This document shows positions 11,591 to 22,915 of a DNA stretch of 39,572 nucleotides, one piece after another. Under the pieces are notes generated by a model that saw only the letters and a program-made list of their open reading frames with translations, was not told the origin of the DNA and ran no database searches. The translations under genes and the position numbers were made by a program. This DNA comes from Atractiella rhizophila (taxonomy: Eukaryota). Position 1 is the first letter of the stretch. Each line of letters starts with the position of its first letter. The stretch is from NCBI GenBank assembly GCA_021432655.1, contig MU271501.1, positions 12,687 through 52,258 on the forward strand, in the 5' to 3' direction.

Positions 11591-12537
11591 GCTTGCTTGA
11601 TCTTGATTAGATCAACACAAGTCACGTTTTTGCTGCTAGTCCCAAGACAAACGTCTTATTCTTCCAATCCAATTCCAGTTCTGCGTCTAAGTCCGACGAA
11701 CGAGTTGCGCGAAACGTATTCACGTTAGGGACAAAGCCCTCGCTTGTATATGATGGCTGCATTCGATTCAAACATGGCGGTTACCTCGGTGTTGTGCGTG
11801 CTTTGTTCCTCCAACAGGGATGTCCGCATCCAGCGGAGTGCTATTCCGCGTTGTTTGCTGCACTTCATATAGCTTCATTGCTGCATTCATCACCAAAATT
11901 GAGTCAAGGAAAAGGAATTTGTTGTGCGGTGCCGGAAGCTTGGCCCTCGTCAGACCGAGGACGGTGGAAGGCGAAAGGACATCCTTTCGCTTGCTCGTTA
12001 GGACTCATGTGAATTTCCTGTCTTTGCCATTTATGGCTCGCTCGATGATTGTTTCTCACACGAGTTTCGTTAGCTAGAATATCCATTGTTAGCTCAACTC
12101 ATTATCACTCACTGTACGGCGGCATAATGCACCTCCGCACTGCGTTCTTGTCAAGCGGGAGCCGCCCGGGTAGTAGATGATTACATATTGCAAGGTTATT
12201 TCCGTTGGAATAGCAACAACGGTCTTGAAGTGTGTAGTGCCCAAGAGTCAGGGCCGCAGTTGGAGAGCAGAGAAGGCTAGTTTTGCAAGTGCTGTCTTAG
12301 GGCTCAGGCCAGGGTACAATGATCCCGACATCGGTGTGGTGTCGTTGTAGACCGGCCTTCCCAGGAGCTGTGGTCTAAGCGATGAACCGTCGGACACGAG
12401 ACGCAATTCACACTTCAGAACTGGTTTGAACCTGTCCAACAGGCGACAGGGTCCTAATAAAAGTAGCTTTCCAGAGGATTCCCCCCTTGACTACTTTTCG
12501 ATCATTTCTGTGAATTATCGGAACTGCTACCTACCAA

Positions 12538-14610
12538 ATGATGTCAAATCTTCAGCTGCTGGCTGTTGTCGTGGGACTTGTAAGTCCTTGTTCACGCTAC
12601 TTACGAAATCCATGATAAATCGCGATTTCAAGGCGTCCCACTTGGTAGTTAAGAACCACGAACCTAGTGTACGCCAATTCGTGCAATATCTCGGAGCTGG
12701 CAGTCTCTCCTTGTGGACATATCTTGTTATTTCGTCCCACCCCTTCCCAGAGGACATCCAGCAATGGGCTCTCCACCTTCTGCACGTATCCTTCATATCT
12801 GTTCAGCTTTCTGGCATCTACCTCGCTTCCTTGACCGCGAGCATCGTGCTATACCGACTATTTTTTCACCGTTTACGCCATATTCCTGGACCTTTCATAT
12901 GCAAGGTTACTCAGCTATGGGCGCTCCGGAGCGTTCTCAAAGGTCAACATTTCATTGATGTCGAGGCTCTACACAAAAAGTACAACTCACCTTTTGTCCG
13001 AATCGGTATGCCCTTTCTCCATCCGAGAACTCTTTGGCGAGCTCAGTGATGTAGGTCCGAACGAAGTTTCTATCGTGCACGAGGATGCTGTCATAGACAT
13101 TTTGGGTGGAAAGTCAAATTTGCCCAAAAGTCGACAGTACAATACTGCCTCAATGAAAAGCGGTATGGTCCCATTTGTCAGCCGTTCCATGCCCTCGCTG
13201 AGCGTGCATAGGTTTCCGCCCCAGTTTGATCACAATCAAGGACCCCGATGAACACTCTGCGAGACGAAAGGAATGGGCAGGGGGATTTACGACTCATGCT
13301 CTAAAGGGATACAACGAGATTATCATCGCACGTGTTATGGAGCTAATGTCCCTGCTCCGATCCAGAGCGTCAGAACAGCCCATCGATTTAACGAAATGGA
13401 TCAAAGCCTGGTCATGCGATGTGATGGGAGACCTTTCTGGGTTTCATTTTCAGCAGATGCAAGATGGAGAGGATAAAGATGGATTCTGGAGAGCTATTGA
13501 AACAGGAGCTTTTATGGTGGCTAGTGGCAGGAAAGCTCCTCATTGGATCCACCTCTTGGCTGAGTTCGCACCATCTCGAGCGCTCGCTGGTGTCCTCTAC
13601 ACCGCTAGGAAACTTCGACAGCGATTCGGTAATTCATCTGTACAGTCCAAGGACATCTTTCACTTCATTGTAGGTTGATTTTCTCCCACACAAGGAACGA
13701 AAAATCACCATGTCATATTGTAGCTCGCAGATAAACAGAACCTCACCATGGACCAACTCACTCAGCAGTTTGCTGGCGAAGCATTCTTGCTCATGATCGC
13801 CGGTAGGCGCCTTATCCTATTGCAGCTACTGATCTATAACTGTCAAGTAGGTGCGGACACCACTTCCGGCGCGTTGACCAGCTTATTTTACTGCCTTCTC
13901 CTCCACCCTGGAAAATTTAAAGAGCTGCAGAAAGCCATCGACGAGTTATACGCAGAGAGTGGAGTTCCAGGAAAGGATCCTTTACCTCATGATGTTTTAG
14001 CATCCAGTCAAATCCTTGAGGCATACATAAATGAGGTTCTGCGCCTGTTTCCACCACTCAAATCTGGACAACCTCGACAGATTCCTGAAGGAGGAAGGAT
14101 TATTTGTGGTCACTATCTTCCGCCAGGGACGACAGTTTCAGTTCCAGCTTGGAGCATGCATCGCAACCGTCACTTCTTCAGCGACCCAACATCATTTCGG
14201 CCAGAGCGATGGTTGAACCCTGAAGCCGAGGTACGTTCCATTAGTCTGCCGCTCCCACTCATTTATGCATTTTGAAACAGGATAAGCATGTAACAAAAGC
14301 ATTCGTTCCCTTCAGCGTAAGCTTGCATTCTGTTTTCTTGATATCGCGGTAAACGGGCTTCCAGTATGGACCGATGAACTGCATTGGACTGTCTCTGGCG
14401 AGGCAAGGTACGCATCCCCTGAATTTGCCGGGCTTGAGCTCAAGAGGTACAGAAATGCGCATTCTGATCGCCACCATGGTACGAAATTTCGACATGGAGC
14501 CCATTCAAGGTGGCGGAATGGAAGATTTTGAAAGAGCACAGAAGGATTGGGTTGTCACCGTCCTTGGACCCCTAAAGGTCAAACTGATAAACCGGGCATT
14601 TGAAAGCTGA
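12538..14610 (+). CDS. Cytochrome P450 monooxygenase, copy 1 (resembles CYP5035/CYP67-like basidiomycete P450s; family tentative)
   Basis: RHIPGP hinge, VRIGPNEVSI, I-helix LMIAGADTTS, K-helix INEVLR, FRPERW, heme motif FVPFSYGPMNCIG after splicing. About nine short introns; stop at 14608-14610. Confidence 0.95.
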
Positions 14611-16047
14611 TCCCTCCTTTCCATTTCATGACTCTGTGTAAGTCCCTCTGTCTCGTTAATTATGACCCTGATCTCGTCAAAATGCAGTTGACTTCCAATT
14701 TAAATGTAAAACAGTCCCGTTCAGTTAGTCCATTAGTTCATACTGCACGTATTTGTCCAATGTTCGACAGCTTTATTAATCTCCTGCTTACCGTGTGATG
14801 CAAAGAAGGATCATGGTGACCGCAATTCTGACAATCCTCTTTCTGCTGCCTGCTTCCGTCAATCTCAAAGTAAACCCGTCGGTAAGAATACCCCAGCTGT
14901 GGAACCTCTCCTGGGCCGCTTTGCCTCCCGTGGATTAATACGCTTGTTCACAGATGTCTAGATTTCGGTGCTTCAACAAATCCTCTGTCTCATGTGTTGC
15001 CTGGCCAGCGATAATGGACTGCCACACTATTTAGGGTTTCAGTTCGCTGCCTCCCGAATCGTTCGCGCTTTTCTGACCAAGCACGACCAAGGTGAAATTA
15101 TCTCTCGTTTGTCTCCTTGCATTGCACAATTTTTTGGTGGAAGAAGGTGATTTTGTGCTCCCCGTAGTTACATGACTAAGATTCTTCAAGAAAGAAGCAA
15201 AGCGCAGGATCTCCCGTGCATGCGCCAGTGCTCAAGTCCCCACTGCTTTTATCACTTTCTCACATCGCTTCGCGTGACGTGATACATTCGGCAAGGGAAA
15301 CTATGTGTGATGAGTGATGTCTGTGGGCGGGGCGCTACCTCGGTATAGTGAGTCCACAGTCATGTATCCATGTTTGGCAGAGACCGGAATAACAACGATT
15401 GGGTGTCATTTGGATCTGCGTTTGGATTATTATTTTGATCCTGAAACCCGTGCCTTCAGCGTATGTTGCAAACACGTCCGAAAGGAGCATCACAAAAGCA
15501 CAATAAGTAATGGTTCCGCCTGGTTCCAGAAGCTCAGCGGGTTTGTGTGGGAAGGAAACAGTCGACAGCTTTTGACTTGTCTGCAGTCACAATTTGAGGT
15601 GACAGCGACTTATTCAGATGTTACATATTGGCCTTCTGATCGATATCTTCCCGCGCCGGTTTCGTTAACTGATAATCTAGCGGGACACTATTACGAGATC
15701 TACCATATGCCGAACCATAGCGCAGCTCTATATTGTTGTAGTATAGCAACTTGGGTTGCAGTACGTAGTGGCGAAATCCGTGGATGAGACGCTACTACGT
15801 TGTTGTTGTGTTCCTGCCTGGGCACAACGGCTAAAACTTCGGCATCTAGAGCTGTTAGTAGACCGGAATGCTGTGATATTGAATCGAACTGATGAAAAGT
15901 GGGACGCGGGACACAGTTCAAGCTTCAAAGCAACTGTTTAGTCAGGAGGTCTGATATAAAGTAGCTTTGTAGAGGATCCCTGCTGTAAAAGGTCACCTCC
16001 CCTCCTGCTCCCCTTCCATTGAAAATTATCGGAATTGCGACCAAATA

Positions 16048-18113
16048 ATGCCAAGCTCTCAGTTGTTGGCTGTTGTCGCGGGACTTGTAAGCCCATGATC
16101 TTCCTACTAAGGAAAAACCTTGATGATTGCGATTTGAAGACGTCTCACTTGGTATTTAAGAACCGCGAGCCCACCGTACGCCGATTCCTGCAATACATCG
16201 CAGCCGGCAGTCTCTCCTTGTGGGCATATCTTGTCATTTCGTCCCACCCATTCCCGGAAGACCTCCAGCAATGGGCTCTCCACCTTCTGCACGTATCCTT
16301 CCTATCTGGTCAGCTTTCTGGCATCTATCTCGCTTCCTTGACCGCAAGCATCGTGCTATACCGACTATTCTTTCACCCCTTACGCCATATTCCTGGACCT
16401 TTCGTATGCAAGGTCACTCAGCTATGGGCGCTCCGGAGCGTTCTCAAAGGTCGACATTTCATTGATGTCGAGGCTCTACATAAAAAGTACAATTCACCTT
16501 TTATCCGAATCGGTATGGCCTTTCTCCATCCCAAAACTCTTTGGCGAGCTTTGAGATGTAGGTCCCAACGAAGTTTCTATCGTGCACGAGGATGCTGTGG
16601 TAGATATTTTAGGTGGAAAATCAAATTTGCCCAAGAGTCGACAATACGATTCCCCCTCGATGAAAAGCGGTATGTTTTTTCTCAATTGCATTGTGGCTTC
16701 GCTGAGCATATTCAGGCTTCCGACCCAGTTTGATCACAATTAAGGATCCCGATGAACATTCTGCGAGACGGAAGGAATGGGCAGGGGGATTCACGACTCA
16801 TGCTCTAAAAGGATACAATGAGATTATCGTCGCCCGTGTCATGGAGCTTATGTCCTTGCTCAGGGAGAAGGCTTCGGAAGCGAACGTCGATCTAACAAAG
16901 TGGATCAAGGCTTGGTCTTGCGACGTCATGGGAGACCTTTCTGGATTTCATTTCCAGCAGATGCAAGATGGGGAGGATAAGGACGGATTCTGGACAGCCA
17001 TCGAGACAGGAGCTTTTATCGCCGCTAGCAGCAGGAAAGCTCCTCATTGGTTCCACCTCTTGGGCGAGATAGCACCAGCAAAGGCGCTGGCCGGTGTCTT
17101 CTACACTGCTGCAAAACTTCGACAACGATTCACTAATTCCACCGTTCAGTCTAAGGACATCTTTCATTTTATTGTGGGCTGATTTCGTCTAGCACAAGGA
17201 GGTGCATTGATATCTCGACTTGTAGCTTGCAGACAAGCAGAACCTCACCATGGAACAACTCATTCAGCAGTTTGCTGGTGAAGCATTCTTGCTCATGATC
17301 GCTGGTAGGTGCTCTCATTTTATTGCGAATTCTTGTCTATAATTGCTGATCAGGTGCGGACACCACTTCCGGAGCGCTTACAAGCTTGTTTTACTGCCTC
17401 CTCCTCCTCCCCAACAGATTCAAAGAGTTGCAGAAAGCAGTGGACGAAATGTATACAGAAAGCGGCGTTCCAGGAAACGAACCGCTACCTCATGATATTT
17501 TAGCTTCTAGTCAAATCCTTGAGGCATACATCAACGAGGTTCTGCGCCTGTTTCCACCACTCAAATCTGGGCAACCTCGGCAGATTCCTGAAGGAGGAAG
17601 GATTATTTGTGATCGCTATCTTCCCGCTGGGACGACAGTTTCGGTTCCAGCGTGGAGTATGCATCGCAATCCTCACTTCTTCAGCGACCCAACCTCATTT
17701 CGACCCGAGCGATGGTTGAACCCTGAAACAGAGGTACGCTTCCTTGACCACTGCCCCATGGCCCATTTACGCATTGGTAAACAGGAGAGACACGTGGCGA
17801 AGGCGTTCGTTCCTTTCAGTGTAAGCTTCAATTCTATTCTCCTGATGTCCCTAATAAACGCGTTCTAGTATGGACCAATGAACTGTATCGGACTTTCTCT
17901 GGCGAGACAAGGTATGCATCTTCTCAACTGACCAGTGTAAGCTGACAAGGGACAGAAATGCGCATTCTAATCGCCACCATGGTGAGGAACTTTGATATGG
18001 AGCCTATTCGAGGCGGCGGAGTGGAGGATTTTGAAGGGGCACAAAAGGACTGGATTGTCACCGTCTTAGGGTCGCTGAAAGTGAAGTTAACAAATCGCTC
18101 ATTTGAAACCTAA
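16048..18113 (+). CDS. Cytochrome P450 monooxygenase, copy 2 (tandem paralog of copy 1)
   Basis: Same exon/intron layout and motifs (HIPGP, AGADTTS, INEVLR, PERW, FSYGPMNCIG). Starts MPSSQLLAVVAGL, ends KLTNRSFET*; no frameshift found by eye. Confidence 0.95.
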
Positions 18114-18461
18114 GGGTGCCTTCCCCATTTCACCCGCTTGTTACTTTCAGAATGCCACCATGATCTCGAGAGAATAGCTGTCAGGTTCGATGAGATCCGC
18201 TTTCATTTCATCTGAAGTCTGTTTCAACACACGAACTGTTCTTACTTTACGCTGCACATATTTTGCCCAATATGCCACAGTAGTTGTCTTATAAACCACT
18301 ACCATGTCGGTCCCAAAGACGTTCAGCGCAAGTTCCTTCCTCTGCGCGGTGATTATTGAACCTCTTCCAACATTTTCCATTAGGTATTCTCGAAATCTAC
18401 ATACCCATAAGCATGCTCGAGCTATGAAAACTACTTTTCCATGGCTTCGGCATGCTTTAAT

Positions 18462-20381
18462 TGAACTTTTGGTGTCAACATGTTCTTCTCACGTCTTGTC
18501 CAACCAGCTAGAACTGTTCGGTGAGAAGGATCTTACAGAATAAGACGTGATCACGATGCCGGATTCTAGGAGTTCGTCTCGAAGAGAGCTGGACAAATCG
18601 TGAACGGGACTGTGATCACATAGCCTTTAACCTCCTTGCTAGTCATTCAATGAATAGTTCACTGGGAACGAGATGGATAATTGCTACAACAGATCAATTT
18701 GGGACTGTTACAACAGATCAATTGGGATTGAACACTTCACCACCTTTGTTTGATACACTCGATATCTCGTTTCAAATTCAGCCCGTCCAGACAGCGGGAC
18801 CAGGTTGGACATAAGAAGTCGGGATGGGCCACCAGATGTTTATGGTCAACTGGCGATAAGGCGTCAACACATTTCTGACGAGAAGTGGAAAGGATGTGAG
18901 CACATACCCCTGGGTCCTGTTTCATTCAATTCCATTGACAACTTCAATGGGGTTAATTCGAATAATGAGTGAGACACGTACAGTTGCGCTATACGCTCCG
19001 GGAATGGCCACCAAAGGTCCTGAAAAGGATTCAGGATGGATTGTCGCTGTAAGGATGTGAAATGTGACGCACCAGGACTTCCACTTCCCCCATTATTGAC
19101 TTGGATTTGTGCGCAGCCTTGTATAAGAAGTATCCCTTATCTGCATTTAAAAGGTGATCGAAAAGAGCTTACCGATATAGAACTAAAACATCACTAGTGA
19201 ACGGCCTATCTGTACGTAGGAAGAAAGACAAACTTGAGGAGCACCCGCAGAATGCAAAGCGATGTGTTCTGCTCGCAGAAGGTACCTGAGCATTAATATT
19301 GTCAGGTCTGCATGGGTTCAAGTTGTGGAAAAACGAGGCGTACTGCCCAGTAGGAGTAGCAGCAGGAATCTTGAAATTCAAAGCCTGGAGACCTGCAACG
19401 GCAGACTGAGATGAAACTTTGGCGTCAATAAGTTCCTCTCACGGTCGAGTCAACATGTCTTGTCTAACCAGCTAAAATGGTTCAGTGAGAAGGATATTAC
19501 AGAGTAAGACGTGATTGCTATCTACGTCGGATTTTTAAGAGTTCGTCTCGAAGAGAGCTGGACAAATCGTGAAAGGGGATTGTGATCATAGAGCCTTTAA
19601 CCTCCTTGCTAGTCATTCAATGAAGAGTTCACTTGGAACGAGATGGATAATTGCTACAACAGATCAATTTGGGATAGTTACAACAGATCAATTGGGATAG
19701 TACACTTTACCACCTTTGTTTGATACACTCGATACCTTGTTTCGAATTCAACCGGTCCAGACAGCGGGACCAGGTTGGACATAAGAAGTCGGGATGGGCC
19801 ACCAGATGTTTATGGTCAACTGGCGATAAGGTGTCAACACAGTTAAGACGAGAGGTGGAAAGGATGTGAGCACATACCCCCGGGTCCTGTTTCATTCAAT
19901 TCCATTGACAACTTCAATGGGGTTAATTCGAATAATGAGTGAGACACGGACAGTTGTGCTATACGCTCCGGGAATGGCCACCAAAGGTCCTGAAAAGGAT
20001 TCAGGATGGATTGTCGCTGTAAGTATGTGAAATGTGACACACCAGGACTTCCACTTCCGCCATTATTGACTTGGATTTGAGCGCAGCCTTGTATAAGAAG
20101 TATCCCTTAACTACATTTGAAAGGTGATCCCAAAGGGCTTACCAATATAGAACTAAAACATCATTAGTGAACGGCTTACATGTACGTAGGAAGAAAGACA
20201 AACTTGAGGAGCACCAGCAGAATGCAAAGCGATGTGTTCTGCTCGCAGAAGGTACCTGAGCATTAATATTGTCAGGTCTGCATGGGTTCGAGTTGTGGGA
20301 AATCGAGGCGTACTGCCCAGTAGGAGTAGCAGCAGGAATCTTGAAATTCAGAGCCTGGAGACCTGCAATGGAAGATTGAGA
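18462..20381. repeat. Head-to-tail tandem duplication, about 950 + 970 bp (units 18462-19411 and 19412-20381), covering the AA9 3' half and its 3' flank
   Basis: Near-identical sequence at offset 970 (e.g. 18737 vs 19707). At the junction (~19411/19412), intron sequence of one unit abuts 3'-flank sequence of the other. Confidence 0.95.
18778..19392 (-). other. Duplicated, intact 3' half (7 exons) of the AA9 LPMO with no 5' exons: partial gene or alternative 3' cassette
   Basis: Splices to LQALNFKIPAATPTGQYLLRAEHIALHSAGAPQFYIGCAQIQVNNGGSGSPGPLVAIPGAYSATDPGLTINIWWPIPTSYVQPGPAVWTG*. All splice sites are intact, including the upstream TTGCAG acceptor ending at 19393. Confidence 0.88.
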
Positions 20382-21222
20382 ATCCGTGCTTGGAAACTAT
20401 TGTGGGTAGAAACTGACCTTGGGCAGGAAATTGAATGTTGTTCACACCATTCGGGTCGGCGACGGCAGAAATTTGGTAAATCTTCATAATTTTTCATCAC
20501 TTTCTCTCATTCTCAGAGGGTAGTTGGCTGACCTTGAACCACACCTGCTCGAGGCGTTAATAACAGAGTTCCTGGAGTGAGAAAGACTGACGGTTCCACT
20601 ACCGTCCCAAGTCGTAAAGTTGGCTGACCTTGAACCACACCTGCTCGAGGCGTTAATAACAGAGTTCCTGGAGTGAGAAAGACTGACGGTTCCACTACCG
20701 TCCCAAGTCGTAACGCTGCTTCCGCTTGGAACCTTCAGAATAAGGTCAATAAAATTTCATGCCAAGAAACGACCTTGCTTTTGCCATATAGACATTAACT
20801 ACACCTGGGTGGTACCTGGATAGCCATTTTAGTTCAAACAAAAGCCATAGAGGGACAAGGCCACTGACAGGTTGTCATCCGTCCAGAACGTCACATTAGA
20901 ACCGGCAGTGATAGGATATGGCGTGGCGCTGCTCGCGGTACCTCCGGCTCCGGTGTAGCACCTAACACAAGTCATGAACAACCGGCAGGCATAGGGACGA
21001 GGCAAGCCTGAGGTTGGGATCTGCGACGTTCTCGACCTATGACAAACAGGGCTTAGAAGATCGGATGGAGGAACAAGAACGATGTACGGGTGCCCTGGAG
21101 TAGTGGTTGTCTGTCATCCTTACCACTTGCCAATCAGCCGTATCGCTGTTCAAGCGTGGCCATGTGTAATGTGCAATCGCTGCGAGCGGAAGACAAGCAG
21201 AGACAAGAGTCGAGAGCATCAT
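19748..21222 (-). CDS. AA9 (formerly GH61) lytic polysaccharide monooxygenase, secreted, about 229 aa, 14 exons, no CBM
   Basis: Signal peptide MMLSTLVSACLPLAAIA, then His1 in HYTWPRL..WQVVRMTDNHYS; NLRCY; second His in LYHPGVVNVYMAKVP; WDGSGTVWFKI; GQYLLRAEHIALHSAGAPQFYIGCAQI; PGPAVWTG*. Exons 21222-21088, 21036-21008, 20961-20869, 20815-20779, 20732-20688, 20640-20629, 20481-20418, then seven more to 19748. Confidence 0.95.
20522..20713. repeat. Perfect 2 x 96-bp tandem repeat inside the AA9 gene, duplicating the VWFK micro-exon
   Basis: 20522-20617 is identical to 20618-20713; micro-exon GTGTGGTTCAAG at 20640-20629 and 20544-20533. Confidence 0.96.
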
Positions 21223-22111
21223 CTTGCCAATCGAATTTCGAGGAGCAGAAAGCGTTCTGACCTTGATTAGCCAGCAAATCAACGCTGTCTTTTATAGTCG
21301 ATAGGCCTTTATGGCTTGAAAGCTCTGGGCTCGTCTCATTCAACGTGCAATCTCTTTAGATCGAGCCGTCTCGCCATTTCCCCTCGTTCACTTGCTGAAT
21401 ATTCGTTTCCCACGTCCACCCGTCCTAGGAGATGTTGGTAACATCTTCGGCTAAATGTGAACCACCGCTGCTTTAGCTCGCCTCCCATGAGCTCGCACTC
21501 CATTCCTCTCTTCAAGAAGATGAAAATGCTGGTGGAGACATGTGGGGTGTTATTGACAGCTCCTAACTCGCGAAACACGAGGTGAGAGGCAGGAATTTGC
21601 CGATGAAGGACATCTCATCGATGAAGGGATATCCCCAGACGGTCTGGTGATCGTTGCTTCCTGCCGTCATTCACCACCATCTCCTTCGTGGACAGCATGC
21701 CAAGACCAAACATGAAGAGGAGGAAGGCAACGACGGACCGTGGGCGTCGCACCTTGGTCCGTTCTGCCGATAGCTCAACCATGGCTCGTAAATGGGACAC
21801 GGTGCTGATTATGGGTGGATATTGCAAGAAAATAGGGTAAGCATTTTTGATCTACGTTATGCCTTAGCATAAACCTGACATCCATAGGCAGCTCAAGAAA
21901 AGTCTCGTTCTGTGATTTGGATTAGGAGTAGATTAGATAAAGCCTGACCACATTCCACGGTCAAGTTTCCGTCATCATTCGAATACGCATGCGTGGACAT
22001 TACGCTAAAGACTTTCATGTCTTGCGTGAGGCACTCTACAGTGAAACACATTCGCGAGGCTGAGGCTCAACATTCGACAATCGACCATGCTCAACGGTAG
22101 CTTGATGGTGA

Positions 22112-22915
22112 TCATGAGTCGTACCGCCTCTTCAGCGTTCTATACCTCTTCAAAAAATACAAAGCTTCGACTTCTGTTCCCGCGCCACGCACCAAATCAG
22201 TCTCTCATCCAGGAATCATGAAACAAGCAAAAATGAGGGATGAAGTGAACATGGGCACCTTTCTTGACAAACTCAGCCTTCTCCACCTGCTTCCTCAACT
22301 TTTCCACATCCCCTTGTACCTCAGGGGAAGAAGAGGCCGCAAAACATTTTCGAAGTCTGGCGTTGAAGTTGTAGGAGGGATCGGGATAACTGTGTCCAAG
22401 ATAGCGGAGCTTGTAGTAGGGGAGAAACGTCAGCAAGTTTTCGGCTTCTGGTCTCGTCGGAACAGAGAGAGAAGAGAGAAGATATCCTAGCAGGGTTCGT
22501 GGCGCTGATCGATGATCTCTCCCGGGCTAGCTACCGACAAGTGTTTATGTTTATGATTATGATGAAACGACTTGTGTATAGAACCGAGGCCCTGAATCTG
22601 CCTGAATCCTAGGTAGGTGGCTAGATGTGCAGGAAGCGGACGTTCTGGCCTTCTCGCACGCTAAATCGTGGCACACGATTCTGGCATCGTTCAGACGAAT
22701 ACAAGGTGAATTCAAGACGAAGGAACGTCCAAAAACGACGAGGCGTTTGCAACACAACTTTGACAGAAAGCGTGACGTCTGTCAGTGGGAATGGCAATGG
22801 ACAGACCTTCCAAGTGGAAAGGTGTATGTCAATTCTGAGAGGACCGGCTATAAAAGCGCACCTCTTTGTAGAGATTTCTAGCCCTGTAGCGCAGTGACTT
22901 GAGCTCTTGCGACAT
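22112..22915 (-). CDS. ETFRF1: LYR-motif protein, LYRM5/ETFRF1-like (electron transfer flavoprotein regulatory factor)
   Basis: Exons 22915-22862, 22409-22259 and 22173-22112 give MSQELKSLRYRARNLYKELRYLGHSYPDPSYNFNARLRKCF...EKAEFVKKEVEALYFLKRYRTLKRRYDS*. LYKEL.YLG..YP and EF..KE.EALY.LK.YR..K.RY are LYRM5 hallmarks. Confidence 0.85.

Noticed and set aside
15314..15787. 157-aa ORF between the P450 copies
   Set aside because: No recognisable domain or supporting exon structure; may be chance. A BLASTx search would settle it.
18737..19895. Repeated 62-aa ORFs MKQDPGVCAH... as small proteins
   Set aside because: They are intron read-through, out-of-frame translations of the AA9 terminal exons.
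18462..20381. LTR pair or transposon
   Set aside because: The units abut directly, consist of AA9 exons and introns, and show no TG..CA ends, target-site duplication or TE coding sequence.
21336..21827. Short ORFs between the AA9 and LYRM5 genes
   Set aside because: No recognisable motif or consistent spliced model; probably AA9 promoter or intergenic DNA.
22559..22605. C/D-box snoRNA (ATGATGA...CTGA) in the long LYRM5 intron
   Set aside because: The boxes are antisense to the host gene, span only ~47 nt, and I saw no terminal stem or recognisable rRNA guide.
22410..22861. TPP riboswitch in the long intron
   Set aside because: The conserved CUGAGA and GAUAA...GCG core motifs are not present in proper arrangement, and the gene is not thiamine-related.
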